A DNA stretch of 64,000 nt from positions 36,305 to 100,304 of the forward strand of contig DEOR01000065.1 of assembly GCA_002358345.1 (NCBI GenBank), given 5' to 3'. The DNA is from Proteobacteria bacterium UBA3413. Lineage in GTDB: Bacteria > Pseudomonadota > Gammaproteobacteria > Magnimaribacterales > D2472. Positions 19,161-28,042 of the stretch are shown one piece after another; positions within the stretch are counted from its first letter, which is position 1; each line of letters starts with the position of its first letter. A model generated the notes under the pieces. It was not told the DNA's origin and did not search any database. It saw only the letters and a list, made by a program, of their open reading frames with translations. The position numbers and the translations under genes are program-made.

Positions 19161-20933
19161 ATGCGATCACACCATTGCGGAGACATCAATAGTTCAGACA
19201 TTGGAAAGGATATTGAGATATCAGGCTGGGTCCACAAAAGAAGGGATCATGGGGGCGTAATATTTTTAGATGTTAGGGATCTACATGGTATTGTTCAGGT
19301 GGTATGCAATCCAGATCACCCCAATACCTTTGACCTGGCAGACTCTTGCAGAAGTGAGTTTGTTATTAACATCAAAGGCTTGGTTAGAGCAAGGATAGAA
19401 GGCGCCATTAATTCAAAGATGGCAACAGGTGAGGTTGAAATAGAAGCAAAAGATCTAGTGATTTTTAGCAAAGCAGTAACTCCGAAATTTCCTCTTGACG
19501 ACTACCAAGAGGTTAATGAAGATATTAGGCTGAAGAATAGATTTCTTGACTTAAGGCGACCAGAGGTTAGCGGTCGATTGCTCAAGAGATCGAAGATCAC
19601 CTCAAGAATTAGATCTGTCTTGGAAGGTAATAACTTTCATGAAATTGAAACCCCTATTTTAACCAGAGCAACCCCTGAAGGTGCGCGTGACTACCTTGTT
19701 CCAAGTAGAGTTCATCCTGGTGAGTTTTTTGCTTTACCCCAGTCCCCTCAGCTTTTTAAGCAGCTATTAATGGTGGGTGGATTAGATAAGTACTATCAAA
19801 TTGCAAGATGCTTTAGGGATGAAGATCTGCGTGCCGACAGACAGCCTGAATTCACACAAGTAGATATCGAAGCATCTTTCGTAACAACCGAAGATATTAT
19901 AAACCTAGCGGAGCAGATGATTTCTACACTGCTGTCAGAATTCACTAATTACACAATCGGAGAAATTCCACGCATTACCTATAAAGAAGCTATCGCCCAC
20001 TACGGGTGCGATAAACCGGATTTAAGAATCCCTTTGCAACTTAAAGATATTTCAGAGCTGGTAAAAAATGAGGAGTTCAAAGTATTTTCTGGTCCTGCAA
20101 ATGATCCAGCCTCAAGGGTTGTTGCATTAAGAGTACCAAAAGCCTCAGGTTTAACGAGAAAGAATATTGATGAATACACTGATTTTGTTGGGAAATTAGG
20201 AGCTAAGGGGCTTGCATATATTAAGGTGGTAGCTCTTGGAGAGGAAAATGGCCTTCAGTCACCAATTTTAAAGTTTCTTCAGCAAGAAACTATTGACGCT
20301 ATTACCTCTGGGCTGCAGGTAGAAAATGATGACATCATTTTCTTTGGTGCAGGAAACGCAAATACCGTTAATTTATCAATGAGCTCTTTAATTAAGAAGC
20401 TTGGAGAAGAGTTAGATTTAATAACCTGTGAATGGGCGCCATGTTGGATAGTAGATTTTCCAATGTTCGAAAGAACAAAGGAGAATCAATTGACCTCACT
20501 ACATCATCCTTTTACCCTTCCCGCAGTATCAGCCGAAGAACTTCGCTCTAATCCTGACGAGGCATTAGCCTGCGCATATGATTTTGTTTTAAATGGCTAT
20601 GAGTTAGGAGGAGGCTCCCTTAGAGTCTTTGATCCAATTATGCAAAGTGAGATATTTAGTATTCTGGGCATTTCACCCGATGAAGCCGAAGAGAAGTTTG
20701 GGTTTTTATTATCAGCATTATCGTCAGGCTGCCCGCCTCATGGCGGAATTGCTTTCGGGCTAGATCGAATAGTTATGCTGCTATCAGGAACAACGAATAT
20801 TAGAGATGTAATCGCCTTTCCTAAGACGCAAAGCGCTTCATGTTTGCTTACAGATGCACCCGGGGAAGTGACAGCAGAGCAATTAGAAGAGCTGCACATT
20901 AAATTAACTATAGACAAAGAAGATAAGGAATAA
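19161..20933 (+). CDS. aspS: aspartyl-tRNA synthetase
   Basis: 590 aa with class IIb motifs [22 protein letters not shown] and [11 protein letters not shown]. Confidence 0.96.
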   Translation: MRSHHCGDINSSDIGKDIEISGWVHKRRDHGGVIFLDVRDLHGIVQVVCNPDHPNTFDLADSCRSEFVINIKGLVRARIEGAINSKMATGEVEIEAKDLVIFSKAVTPKFPLDDYQEVNEDIRLKNRFLDLRRPEVSGRLLKRSKITSRIRSVLEGNNFHEIETPILTRATPEGARDYLVPSRVHPGEFFALPQSPQLFKQLLMVGGLDKYYQIARCFRDEDLRADRQPEFTQVDIEASFVTTEDIINLAEQMISTLLSEFTNYTIGEIPRITYKEAIAHYGCDKPDLRIPLQLKDISELVKNEEFKVFSGPANDPASRVVALRVPKASGLTRKNIDEYTDFVGKLGAKGLAYIKVVALGEENGLQSPILKFLQQETIDAITSGLQVENDDIIFFGAGNANTVNLSMSSLIKKLGEELDLITCEWAPCWIVDFPMFERTKENQLTSLHHPFTLPAVSAEELRSNPDEALACAYDFVLNGYELGGGSLRVFDPIMQSEIFSILGISPDEAEEKFGFLLSALSSGCPPHGGIAFGLDRIVMLLSGTTNIRDVIAFPKTQSASCLLTDAPGEVTAEQLEELHIKLTIDKEDKE

Positions 20934-20936
20934 ACC

Positions 20937-21674
20937 ATGGCAGGGCATTCCAAATGGGCGAATATAAAGCATAGAAAGGCTAGGCAAGATGCCTCAAGAG
21001 GTAAGATTTGGACAAAAGTAATTAGAGAGATCACAGTAGCAGCAAAGGGGGGGGCTGATCCAGATGATAACCCTAGGCTAAGACTGGCCTTGGACAAGGC
21101 TAATGCATCTAACATGCCTAAAGATACAATTAAGCGAGCGATTCAAAAGGGCTCGGGCACAGGTGAAATGGGCATCATTGAAGAGCTCACCTTCGAGGGT
21201 TATGGCCCCAATGGCGTAGCTATTTTAGTTGAAACTATGACTGATAATCGCAATAGAACTGTTGCAGATGTTCGACATGCTTTTTCTAAGTTTGGCGGTA
21301 ATATGGGTACAGATGGCTCGGTTGCGTATCTTTTCAATAAGCTTGGAATTATTCAGGTTGCTTCTTCCTATGAAGAAGATTCAATTATGGAGATTGCTTT
21401 GGATGCTGGTGCAGATGATTTTATTGTGGCAGATGAGTTTTTTGAAATCATAACAAGTCCAGTCAATTTATCTTCAGTCTTAGAGGCTTTACACTTGCAA
21501 GAGATTGCAACACTGGATGCTGAGATCACCATGAGAGCAGAGACTTTAGTGCACCTTGATCAAGAAACATCTGAGAAGGTGTTGAAGATTATGAACTTCA
21601 TGGATGACCTAGATGATGTTCAAGAAGTGCATACAAATGCTGAATTTCCCGATGACTTTGAGGAAGAAGCTTAA
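20937..21674 (+). CDS. yebC: YebC/PmpR family protein
   Basis: 245 aa with N-terminus MAGHSKWANIKHRKARQD. The aspS-yebC order matches Pseudomonas. Confidence 0.93.
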   Translation: MAGHSKWANIKHRKARQDASRGKIWTKVIREITVAAKGGADPDDNPRLRLALDKANASNMPKDTIKRAIQKGSGTGEMGIIEELTFEGYGPNGVAILVETMTDNRNRTVADVRHAFSKFGGNMGTDGSVAYLFNKLGIIQVASSYEEDSIMEIALDAGADDFIVADEFFEIITSPVNLSSVLEALHLQEIATLDAEITMRAETLVHLDQETSEKVLKIMNFMDDLDDVQEVHTNAEFPDDFEEEA

Positions 21675-21676
21675 TT

Positions 21677-22099
21677 ATGGCTATTAACTCAAGAACAAAA
21701 GGGGCTAATTTTGAAAGAGAGATTGGCAACTTATTAGTTCAAGAGCTCCATTTAAGCCAGCCTGTTAAAAGAATTTTAGAGCAAACACGAACCAAAGAAT
21801 TACCTGATTTAAAACTAGGCCGTTGGTGTATTGAATGCAAAAGATATGGCGATGGCGCAGAGCCTTCGGCTGAATGGTGGGAGCAGGTTTTAGCTGCAAC
21901 TCAAGCTGGAGAATTTCCAGCTCTAGTTTATAAATTTAATCGTAGGCCTATTAAAGTAAGGATTTTAGCTGGATCAATAGTTCCAGAGTTAGATTTCTCA
22001 CCTATGACCATTGATTTAATGTGGGAAGATTTTGTTGAAATTCTTCGCTATCTCTTTCAGGTAGATATTGAGCAGCATGAAGCCTCAGTTCAAGTGTAA
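21677..22099 (+). CDS. PD-(D/E)XK nuclease, Hjc-like putative Holliday-junction resolvase (occupies the ruvC position)
   Basis: 140 aa. The N-terminus reads TKGANFEREIGNLL (Glu13/Glu15), followed by P43-D44 and then I-E53-C-K55. This is the E...D...ExK catalytic signature. There is no RuvC/RNase H-like motif. It is packed between yebC (2-nt gap) and ybgC (23-nt overlap). Confidence 0.55.
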   Translation: MAINSRTKGANFEREIGNLLVQELHLSQPVKRILEQTRTKELPDLKLGRWCIECKRYGDGAEPSAEWWEQVLAATQAGEFPALVYKFNRRPIKVRILAGSIVPELDFSPMTIDLMWEDFVEILRYLFQVDIEQHEASVQV

Positions 22100-22487
22100 C
22101 GATCTATTCTGCAAGGTACATGTAGAAGATACTGATTTTCAAGGCGTGGTTTATCATGCCAATTATTTGAAATATTTCGAGAGAGCCCGATCAGAGTTCT
22201 TAATAGAGCATGAGATTTCTCAGGCTCAAGCTTTGCAGGCCCAAGAATCCTTCATTGTAAAAAAACTAGATGTAGAGTTTTTCTATCCAGCAGTGCTAGA
22301 TGATAATCTGATTATTTATTCAACAGCTGTGCTTTTGAGCAAAGCGCGCATGCACTTCCTGCAATCAGTCCGCACCCAAAAAAATGATATACTCATTGTT
22401 AATGGAGTTGTTGAAGTTTGTTATTTTGATGCTGCTAAGAGCAAGCCAAAAGCATTCCCTAAGAATTTATTAGCACTATTTGAGTAA
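22077..22487 (+). CDS. ybgC: Tol-Pal-associated acyl-CoA thioesterase YbgC
   Basis: About 136 aa from ATG 22077. 4HBT hot-dog motif VHVEDTDFQGVVYHANYLKYFERAR. It sits immediately upstream of tolQ. Confidence 0.85.
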   Translation: MKPQFKCNDLFCKVHVEDTDFQGVVYHANYLKYFERARSEFLIEHEISQAQALQAQESFIVKKLDVEFFYPAVLDDNLIIYSTAVLLSKARMHFLQSVRTQKNDILIVNGVVEVCYFDAAKSKPKAFPKNLLALFE

Positions 22488-22492
22488 ATAAT

Positions 22493-23173
22493 ATGGATAA
22501 TTTTTCAATCATAGATTTATTCTTGCAGGCTAGCTTGATTGTTCAGCTGGTCATGGTAATTTTATTAATCGTATCAGCGCTCTCTTGGATTGTGATTTTC
22601 GAGAGATACTTTAATTTAAATAAAATTAAATTTGCTAACCGATCCTTTGAAGATGAATTTTGGTCGGGCAAAGATTTAAATGATTTATATGAGAGCATCC
22701 AAGATATCCCACGCGACCAGTTAACTGGGTCTAGGAATGTTTTCAAGCATGGTTTTAGTGAATTTCTAAGATTGGCTGATGGTCAAAAAATTACCACAGA
22801 GGACTTAGAAAGCGTTAATCGCTCAATAAGAGTTTCCCTAGCGAGGGAAGAGGAGGGCTTGATGCATCATCTACCCTTCTTGGCTAATGTTGGATCTGTT
22901 AGCCCATACGTAGGATTATTTGGAACGGTTTGGGGTATTATCAATTCATTTCAAGGTCTCTCAGATGCTACTCAAGCGACAATCAATGCTGTTGCACCTG
23001 GTATTTCAGAAGCCCTAGTTGCCACAGCCTTAGGTTTATTTGCAGCTATCCCTGCTGTTGTAGCCTACAATCGCTTTGCCTCTGACTCTGACTCACAACT
23101 GCAGCAATCTTCGATATTTGGAGAGGAGCTTGCTAGCATTCTTTATAGACAAACAGTGAAAGAGAAGAATTGA
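22493..23173 (+). CDS. tolQ: Tol-Pal system protein TolQ
   Basis: 226 aa of the MotA/TolQ/ExbB family (GLFGTVWGIINSF, APGISEALVATALGL). tolQRAB context. Confidence 0.93.
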   Translation: MDNFSIIDLFLQASLIVQLVMVILLIVSALSWIVIFERYFNLNKIKFANRSFEDEFWSGKDLNDLYESIQDIPRDQLTGSRNVFKHGFSEFLRLADGQKITTEDLESVNRSIRVSLAREEEGLMHHLPFLANVGSVSPYVGLFGTVWGIINSFQGLSDATQATINAVAPGISEALVATALGLFAAIPAVVAYNRFASDSDSQLQQSSIFGEELASILYRQTVKEKN

Positions 23174-23592
23174 TTTATCGTATTGGCAAAAGAAAAAAAC
23201 TAAACTCAGAAATTAATGTAGTTCCATACATTGATGTAATGCTTGTGTTGTTAATTATTTTTATGGTTTTGTCACCTTTGTTAATTCAAGGCATAGAAGT
23301 TAATTTGCCTAAAACAGATACGACTAAGATGTCTATTTCTAGTGAGCCCCTTGTTATCTCTATTGACAGTAAGGGAGAGTATTTTCTGAATTTGGGTGAT
23401 GAGCAATTACCCATCTCTTTAGCAGAACTTAAAAACAAAGCTAAGGTTATTTATGAGGCAAACCCTGATATCGAGATTGTTTTTAAAAGCGACGCCAAAG
23501 TACCATTTGATTTTGTAGCTAAAGGAATGGCAAGTATTCAAAGTTTAGGGATTGAAAAAATTGGCATTGTTACCTCTGGCTATGACAGCTAA
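23170..23592 (+). CDS. tolR: Tol-Pal system protein TolR
   Basis: 140 aa of the ExbD/TolR family (INVVPYIDVMLVLLIIFMV). ATGA-type overlap with tolQ. Confidence 0.92.
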   Translation: MIYRIGKRKKLNSEINVVPYIDVMLVLLIIFMVLSPLLIQGIEVNLPKTDTTKMSISSEPLVISIDSKGEYFLNLGDEQLPISLAELKNKAKVIYEANPDIEIVFKSDAKVPFDFVAKGMASIQSLGIEKIGIVTSGYDS

Positions 23593-24220
23593 TTTAAGAT
23601 ACCTTCATGCTGCATTTATTTCATTTTGTCTCCATGCTTGCATTTTTCTTTACCTCTACGGAACTTTTGATCGCAATACATCACAAGCACTATTAATTTC
23701 AAAGCCCTTAAGGATTGAGCTTAAATTTGAGACTCCCATCATGGCCGCAGAGATCAAAGCACCAAAAATTACAGAATCTTTCGAGAGAGAAGATCCCCAA
23801 AAGCAGACCTCCGCAGCCCCCACATTACAATTCAATGAATTGGCAGCTCCTAAGCTAGAGGAGCCCTTGCTCTACTCAAATTTTGATGCCCTCCTTGAGC
23901 AAGAGGAGGACATTTTTTTATCAGAAGAGCAAAAACAAATAAATCTTTTTGCACAAAAAATCATTAAGACGATAGAAAATGCGTGGATGAAACCAAGAAA
24001 TATCCCCGATGGCTTAATAGCTAACTTACGCCTGCACATTAAACCTACCGGACGCATCTCAAAGGTTGAGCTACTTCAGAGTAGCGGGAACATACGATTT
24101 GATAACTCTGCATTGCAAGCAGTAAGAAGAGTAGAAACATTAAATTTTTTTAAACAGATTCCTTATACGCTGTATGAAAAAGAGTTTCAAAAAATAGCTG
24201 TTAGCTTTAACCCATCATGA
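23582..24220 (+). CDS. tolA: Tol-Pal system protein TolA (short form)
   Basis: About 212 aa from ATG 23582 (alternative TTG at 23552). N-terminal TM segment (AAFISFCLHACIFLYLY), a short charged linker and a TolA/TonB-like C-terminal domain. It lies between tolR and tolB. Confidence 0.75.
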   Translation: MTANLRYLHAAFISFCLHACIFLYLYGTFDRNTSQALLISKPLRIELKFETPIMAAEIKAPKITESFEREDPQKQTSAAPTLQFNELAAPKLEEPLLYSNFDALLEQEEDIFLSEEQKQINLFAQKIIKTIENAWMKPRNIPDGLIANLRLHIKPTGRISKVELLQSSGNIRFDNSALQAVRRVETLNFFKQIPYTLYEKEFQKIAVSFNPS

Positions 24221-25500
24221 AAAAAAATATTTTACTTTCTTTGTTATTTTTACCTCTGGCTTGTTTCGGCGAACTTTTCTTAGAAATTACCAAAGGATCA
24301 GATGACCCATTTAAGGTTGCAATTATACCTTTTGCTGGTAGTGCAAAAATCTCAAATCCTTTGCATGAAGTTATTCGCAATGATTTAAATAGAACGGGCG
24401 AGTTTTCTTTGCTGGATACAAAGCTGTTACTTCCTCTGAGGATCGAAGATGGGGATATTAATTACCAAGATTGGAGTCTCTTGGGTATGGACTATCTTGT
24501 TGCTGGGAACATTGTAAACGGGCAGAGTGCTGTAGACGTTATCTATGATATTTACGATATTCAAAAAAGAAAAAAAATAAGAAGCTCCAAGGTATTTGGA
24601 CTGCCTAGTCAGATTAGGCAACTTGCTCATTACACCAGTGACGGTATTTATGAGTCTATTTCCGGAATTAAAGGCATTGCTTCTACCAAGTTACTTTATG
24701 TTAATCAGATTAAATCTGAAAAGCTCAATTCAAATTATCGCTTAATGTTGGCTGATTCTGATGGGGCAAACGAAAAAACTTTATTGAGCAGCTCTGAGCC
24801 TATTATTTCTCCAGCATGGTCTCCAAATGGACAGAAGGTTGCGTATGTATCATTTGAAACTGGCTTAGCGAAAGTTTACATTCAAGATATAGCTTCAGGA
24901 AAAAGAGAGTCCGTGCTGTCTCAAGACACTCAGATTAGCTCTCCATCCTGGTCCCCGGATGGAAAATACCTTTCTTTAACCCTCTATCAAGATGGGAATG
25001 CAGAAATTTATATTCTTAGGTTGCGTGATAAAACATTGACAAGGATGACTAATCAATTTGCAATTGATACAGAATCTTCATGGTCTCCTAAAGGCAATAA
25101 AATACTCTTCACAAGCGACAGATCTGGATCTCCGCAAATCTATGAGTTGAATTTAAGAAAGCTAAATTCAAAAGCAAAGCGTATTTCATTTGAAGGCACC
25201 TATAATGCTAAAGCAGCCTATCTACCAAACGAGGAGGGAATAATTTTTGTTCATCGCTCCAGCGATGGCTTATTTCATATCGCAATGAAATATAATAAAG
25301 AAAATTTTATTAGAATATTGACTGATGCAAAAATGGATGAATCTCCCAGTGTTGCTCCTAACGGTAATATGGTAATCTATGGAATAACTGAAGAAGATCA
25401 GAGCATGCTTGCCGGCTTTAGTTTAAGCGGTGCAAGTTTTAAACTTCCAGCCTCTCAGGGAGAGGTTAGAGAGCCAGCTTGGTCAAACTTTTTAAGATAA
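24217..25500 (+). CDS. tolB: Tol-Pal system beta-propeller protein TolB
   Basis: 427 aa with a signal peptide and repeated PD40 motifs (SPAWSPNGQKVAYVS, SPSWSPDGKYL, SWSPKGNKILFTSDRSG). Confidence 0.95.
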   Translation: MKKNILLSLLFLPLACFGELFLEITKGSDDPFKVAIIPFAGSAKISNPLHEVIRNDLNRTGEFSLLDTKLLLPLRIEDGDINYQDWSLLGMDYLVAGNIVNGQSAVDVIYDIYDIQKRKKIRSSKVFGLPSQIRQLAHYTSDGIYESISGIKGIASTKLLYVNQIKSEKLNSNYRLMLADSDGANEKTLLSSSEPIISPAWSPNGQKVAYVSFETGLAKVYIQDIASGKRESVLSQDTQISSPSWSPDGKYLSLTLYQDGNAEIYILRLRDKTLTRMTNQFAIDTESSWSPKGNKILFTSDRSGSPQIYELNLRKLNSKAKRISFEGTYNAKAAYLPNEEGIIFVHRSSDGLFHIAMKYNKENFIRILTDAKMDESPSVAPNGNMVIYGITEEDQSMLAGFSLSGASFKLPASQGEVREPAWSNFLR

Positions 25501-25521
25501 ATTTACTTGGATAAAATTACC

Positions 25522-25995
25522 ATGAACAAGTCTACGAATACTTTCTCTGCTTTAACAATGTTGATTCTTTTATCTGCATGTAGTTCCGTGCAAGTAACTG
25601 AGGAGTCCGTTTCCAATCAAGCGGTTGCTGGTGTTAGCATTTCTAAAAAATCTACAGCAACGCAAGCTGTCCTAGCCAACGCCGTCGTATATTTTGAATA
25701 TGATCAATATACTTTGACAAGTAAATCTATTCAGGCCTTAAAAGGGGTAGTTGACTTGATGAAGAAGAACCCAAAAATTACATTATCGTTAGAAGGCCAT
25801 GCCGATGAGAGAGGCACCAGGGAATATAACCTAGCTTTAGGTCAGCGCCGCGCAGAGTCTGTTGCCAATTATCTCATTGCAAATGGCATCAAGCGCAATC
25901 AGCTGGTTTCTAAGAGTTACGGAGAAGAGCGACCATTATCCTTGGGGTCTAATGACTCAGCATGGTCAAAAAATCGAAGAGTAGAAATTAAATAG
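25522..25995 (+). CDS. pal: peptidoglycan-associated lipoprotein Pal
   Basis: 157 aa from ATG 25522. Lipobox LLSAC. OmpA-like domain (VYFEYDQYTL...LEGHADERGTREYNLALGQRRAESV). Confidence 0.93.
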   Translation: MNKSTNTFSALTMLILLSACSSVQVTEESVSNQAVAGVSISKKSTATQAVLANAVVYFEYDQYTLTSKSIQALKGVVDLMKKNPKITLSLEGHADERGTREYNLALGQRRAESVANYLIANGIKRNQLVSKSYGEERPLSLGSNDSAWSKNRRVEIK

Positions 25996-26006
25996 TTGCA
26001 ATTTTC

Positions 26007-26642
26007 ATGAGATTTTTTCTTGCGGCGTGCTTGCTCATACCCGTGGTGATTCAGTCACAAGAGGTTGACGCATCAGATATTTTATTTTTGAAGGTACAAG
26101 AGCTTGAAGCTGAGATTTCTGCTCTAAGGAGCGAGTTTGAAGCTCAGGCCTACCTAATTGAGAAATTGCTTAGCGAGAATGAGGCCCTACCCTCTAAAGA
26201 CACTCAGGCTAATTCCGAGACCTCCATTCCAGATAATACGTTTAGATTTCAAGGCATCAATGATAGCCAGAGTATCGATGAGGTTTATGCTCAAGCAATT
26301 GCACAGCTCAATGATAAAAATTTTATAGAGGCTAAGAAATCCTTTGCTTATCTGGCAACTAATTTTAGTGATGATGAAAAAATTCCACTCAGCCTATTTT
26401 GGCTGGGAGAGATATCATTGCTTGATTCTAACCTCGAAGAAAGTGAAGAGTTTTTTCAAAGCCTTGCAGCAAGCTATCCAGATCATTGGCGCACTCCATT
26501 GGCTCACAAAAAAATAGGCGATATTTTAATGATGTCTAATGAGGTTGAAGCAGCAAAGATTAAATATCAATTTGTTGTTCAAACCTACCCAAGTAATGCT
26601 GCATCTTCTTTAGCCTTGCAGTTATTGGAAAATATGGAATAA
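26007..26642 (+). CDS. cpoB: cell division coordinator CpoB (YbgF)
   Basis: 211 aa with a signal peptide, a coiled coil and a TPR-like C-terminus. It is the last gene of the tol-pal cluster. Confidence 0.8.
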   Translation: MRFFLAACLLIPVVIQSQEVDASDILFLKVQELEAEISALRSEFEAQAYLIEKLLSENEALPSKDTQANSETSIPDNTFRFQGINDSQSIDEVYAQAIAQLNDKNFIEAKKSFAYLATNFSDDEKIPLSLFWLGEISLLDSNLEESEEFFQSLAASYPDHWRTPLAHKKIGDILMMSNEVEAAKIKYQFVVQTYPSNAASSLALQLLENME

Positions 26643-26669
26643 TCACCCTTTTTTATGAAATCCTCTCCA

Positions 26670-26745
26670 GGGTCGCTAGCTCAGCTGGTAGAGCAGTTCG
26701 CTTTTAACGAATTGGTCACAGGTTCGAATCCTGTGCGACCCACCA
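26670..26745 (+). tRNA. tRNA-Lys (anticodon UUU)
   Basis: 76 nt. The GGGTCGC/GCGACCC acceptor stem, D arm GCTCAGCTGGTAGAGC, anticodon loop CTTTTAA, T arm ACAGGTTCGAATCCTGT and an encoded CCA fold by hand into a cloverleaf. Confidence 0.95.
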
Positions 26746-26776
26746 TTAATTTGTCTGATCTAATTCTCAATTTATC

Positions 26777-28042
26777 ATGACCAAATCTATCTTGACTCCA
26801 ATTTCTAACGCGATAAATAGATTGGCTACATCTTTTACAAAAGAATCCTTGCTAGCAGGTTTTTTCTTTTTCTTAGTTTTATGCTCTTGGTACATCTTAA
26901 GGCCTGTTAGAAATGAGATGGCAGTGCAGAATGCTGACATTCTTCCATATCTCCTTGGCATTGGAGCCTTGGTCATGCTGTTTTTGAATCCAGTTTATTC
27001 TTGGCTGGCTTCTAGAAAAAATCTACGGGGCGTCCTGGTGGGCTGCTATTCCTTTTTTATACTTAATTTACTGAGCTTTATTGGTTTGTGGCAATTTTTT
27101 GATCTTTCTTCATCACTATTACTTAGTCAAATTTTTTATATTTGGTGCAACGTATATTCTTTCTTTGTGGTATCAATATTTTGGGTTGTTATTATCAATC
27201 TGTTTAGGGGAGAAAGTGCTGTAAATGTTTTTGGAGTCATTGCTGCTGGTGGCTCGCTGGGAGCCTATCTTGGCTCAGAAATTTCCAAGCAACTTGCAAC
27301 CACCTTTAATGAATCAGGCATTATATTTTTTACGATGCTTGCGATTATTTTTTTGTTGCTAGCATTGCTTGCAGGGCTAGGCCTTATGAATAGATTTAGA
27401 GAGCTCAAAGGCATCAATGATTCACCTGGCGGCTCTAGCTTTGATGCGATCAAGAATTTAATTTCCTCTTCGCAAATTAGGTCTATAGGTTTATATATGT
27501 ATCTCTGGACGGCCCTGATGACAGTGCACTGGATAACTTCCGTTGAAATAGTTAATGCATGGTCTTCTGATGGAGGAAATAGAATAGTTTTTTTTAGCAA
27601 GATAGAGCAAACCGTTACGGTCTTAACTTTATTCACGCAGTTTTTCTTAACGTCAGCAATTCTGCGTTTTGTTAGCGCTAAATATATCTTGATGACTTAT
27701 GGATTTTTATTTGCTGGGGTATTTATTGGATATTTTTTAAGCCCTAGTATCGGATATGTTTTTATTGTGACCATTATTCTTAGATTGTTTGAATATGGAA
27801 TTAACAAGCCTACAAGAGAGGTTATTTTTAGCTATCTCAAGAAAGTAGATCGCTATAAATCCTCGGTCTTTGTTGATACGTTTTTAGTGCGCCTGGGAGA
27901 TTTTTCTGGAAGTGGATTTATTCTTATCTCAAAAACATTCGGAGTAGTATTTTCTCAGGTACCATTGCTGGCTATACCCTTTGCAGGGTGCTTGGCTTTA
28001 TTGGGGTTAAAAATTCCTCCGAAAGAAAATATCGAGTCTTAA
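26777..28042 (+). CDS. TLC/Npt-like (ATP:ADP-antiporter-family-like) MFS-type membrane transporter, substrate unknown
   Basis: 421 aa and polytopic. N-terminal motif FFFFLVLCSWYILRPVRNEM, mid-protein FYIWCNVYSFFVVSIFW and C-terminal NKPTREVIFSYL...KSSVFVDTFLVRLGD resemble the TLC-family pattern. The assignment is by motif recall only. Confidence 0.5.
   Translation: MTKSILTPISNAINRLATSFTKESLLAGFFFFLVLCSWYILRPVRNEMAVQNADILPYLLGIGALVMLFLNPVYSWLASRKNLRGVLVGCYSFFILNLLSFIGLWQFFDLSSSLLLSQIFYIWCNVYSFFVVSIFWVVIINLFRGESAVNVFGVIAAGGSLGAYLGSEISKQLATTFNESGIIFFTMLAIIFLLLALLAGLGLMNRFRELKGINDSPGGSSFDAIKNLISSSQIRSIGLYMYLWTALMTVHWITSVEIVNAWSSDGGNRIVFFSKIEQTVTVLTLFTQFFLTSAILRFVSAKYILMTYGFLFAGVFIGYFLSPSIGYVFIVTIILRLFEYGINKPTREVIFSYLKKVDRYKSSVFVDTFLVRLGDFSGSGFILISKTFGVVFSQVPLLAIPFAGCLALLGLKIPPKENIES

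Noticed and set aside
26670-26800. Possible genomic-island integration at the tRNA-Lys gene, a known att hotspot.
   Set aside because: There is no integrase. I could spot no repeat of the tRNA 3' end in the window. Only one gene lies before the next conserved block.
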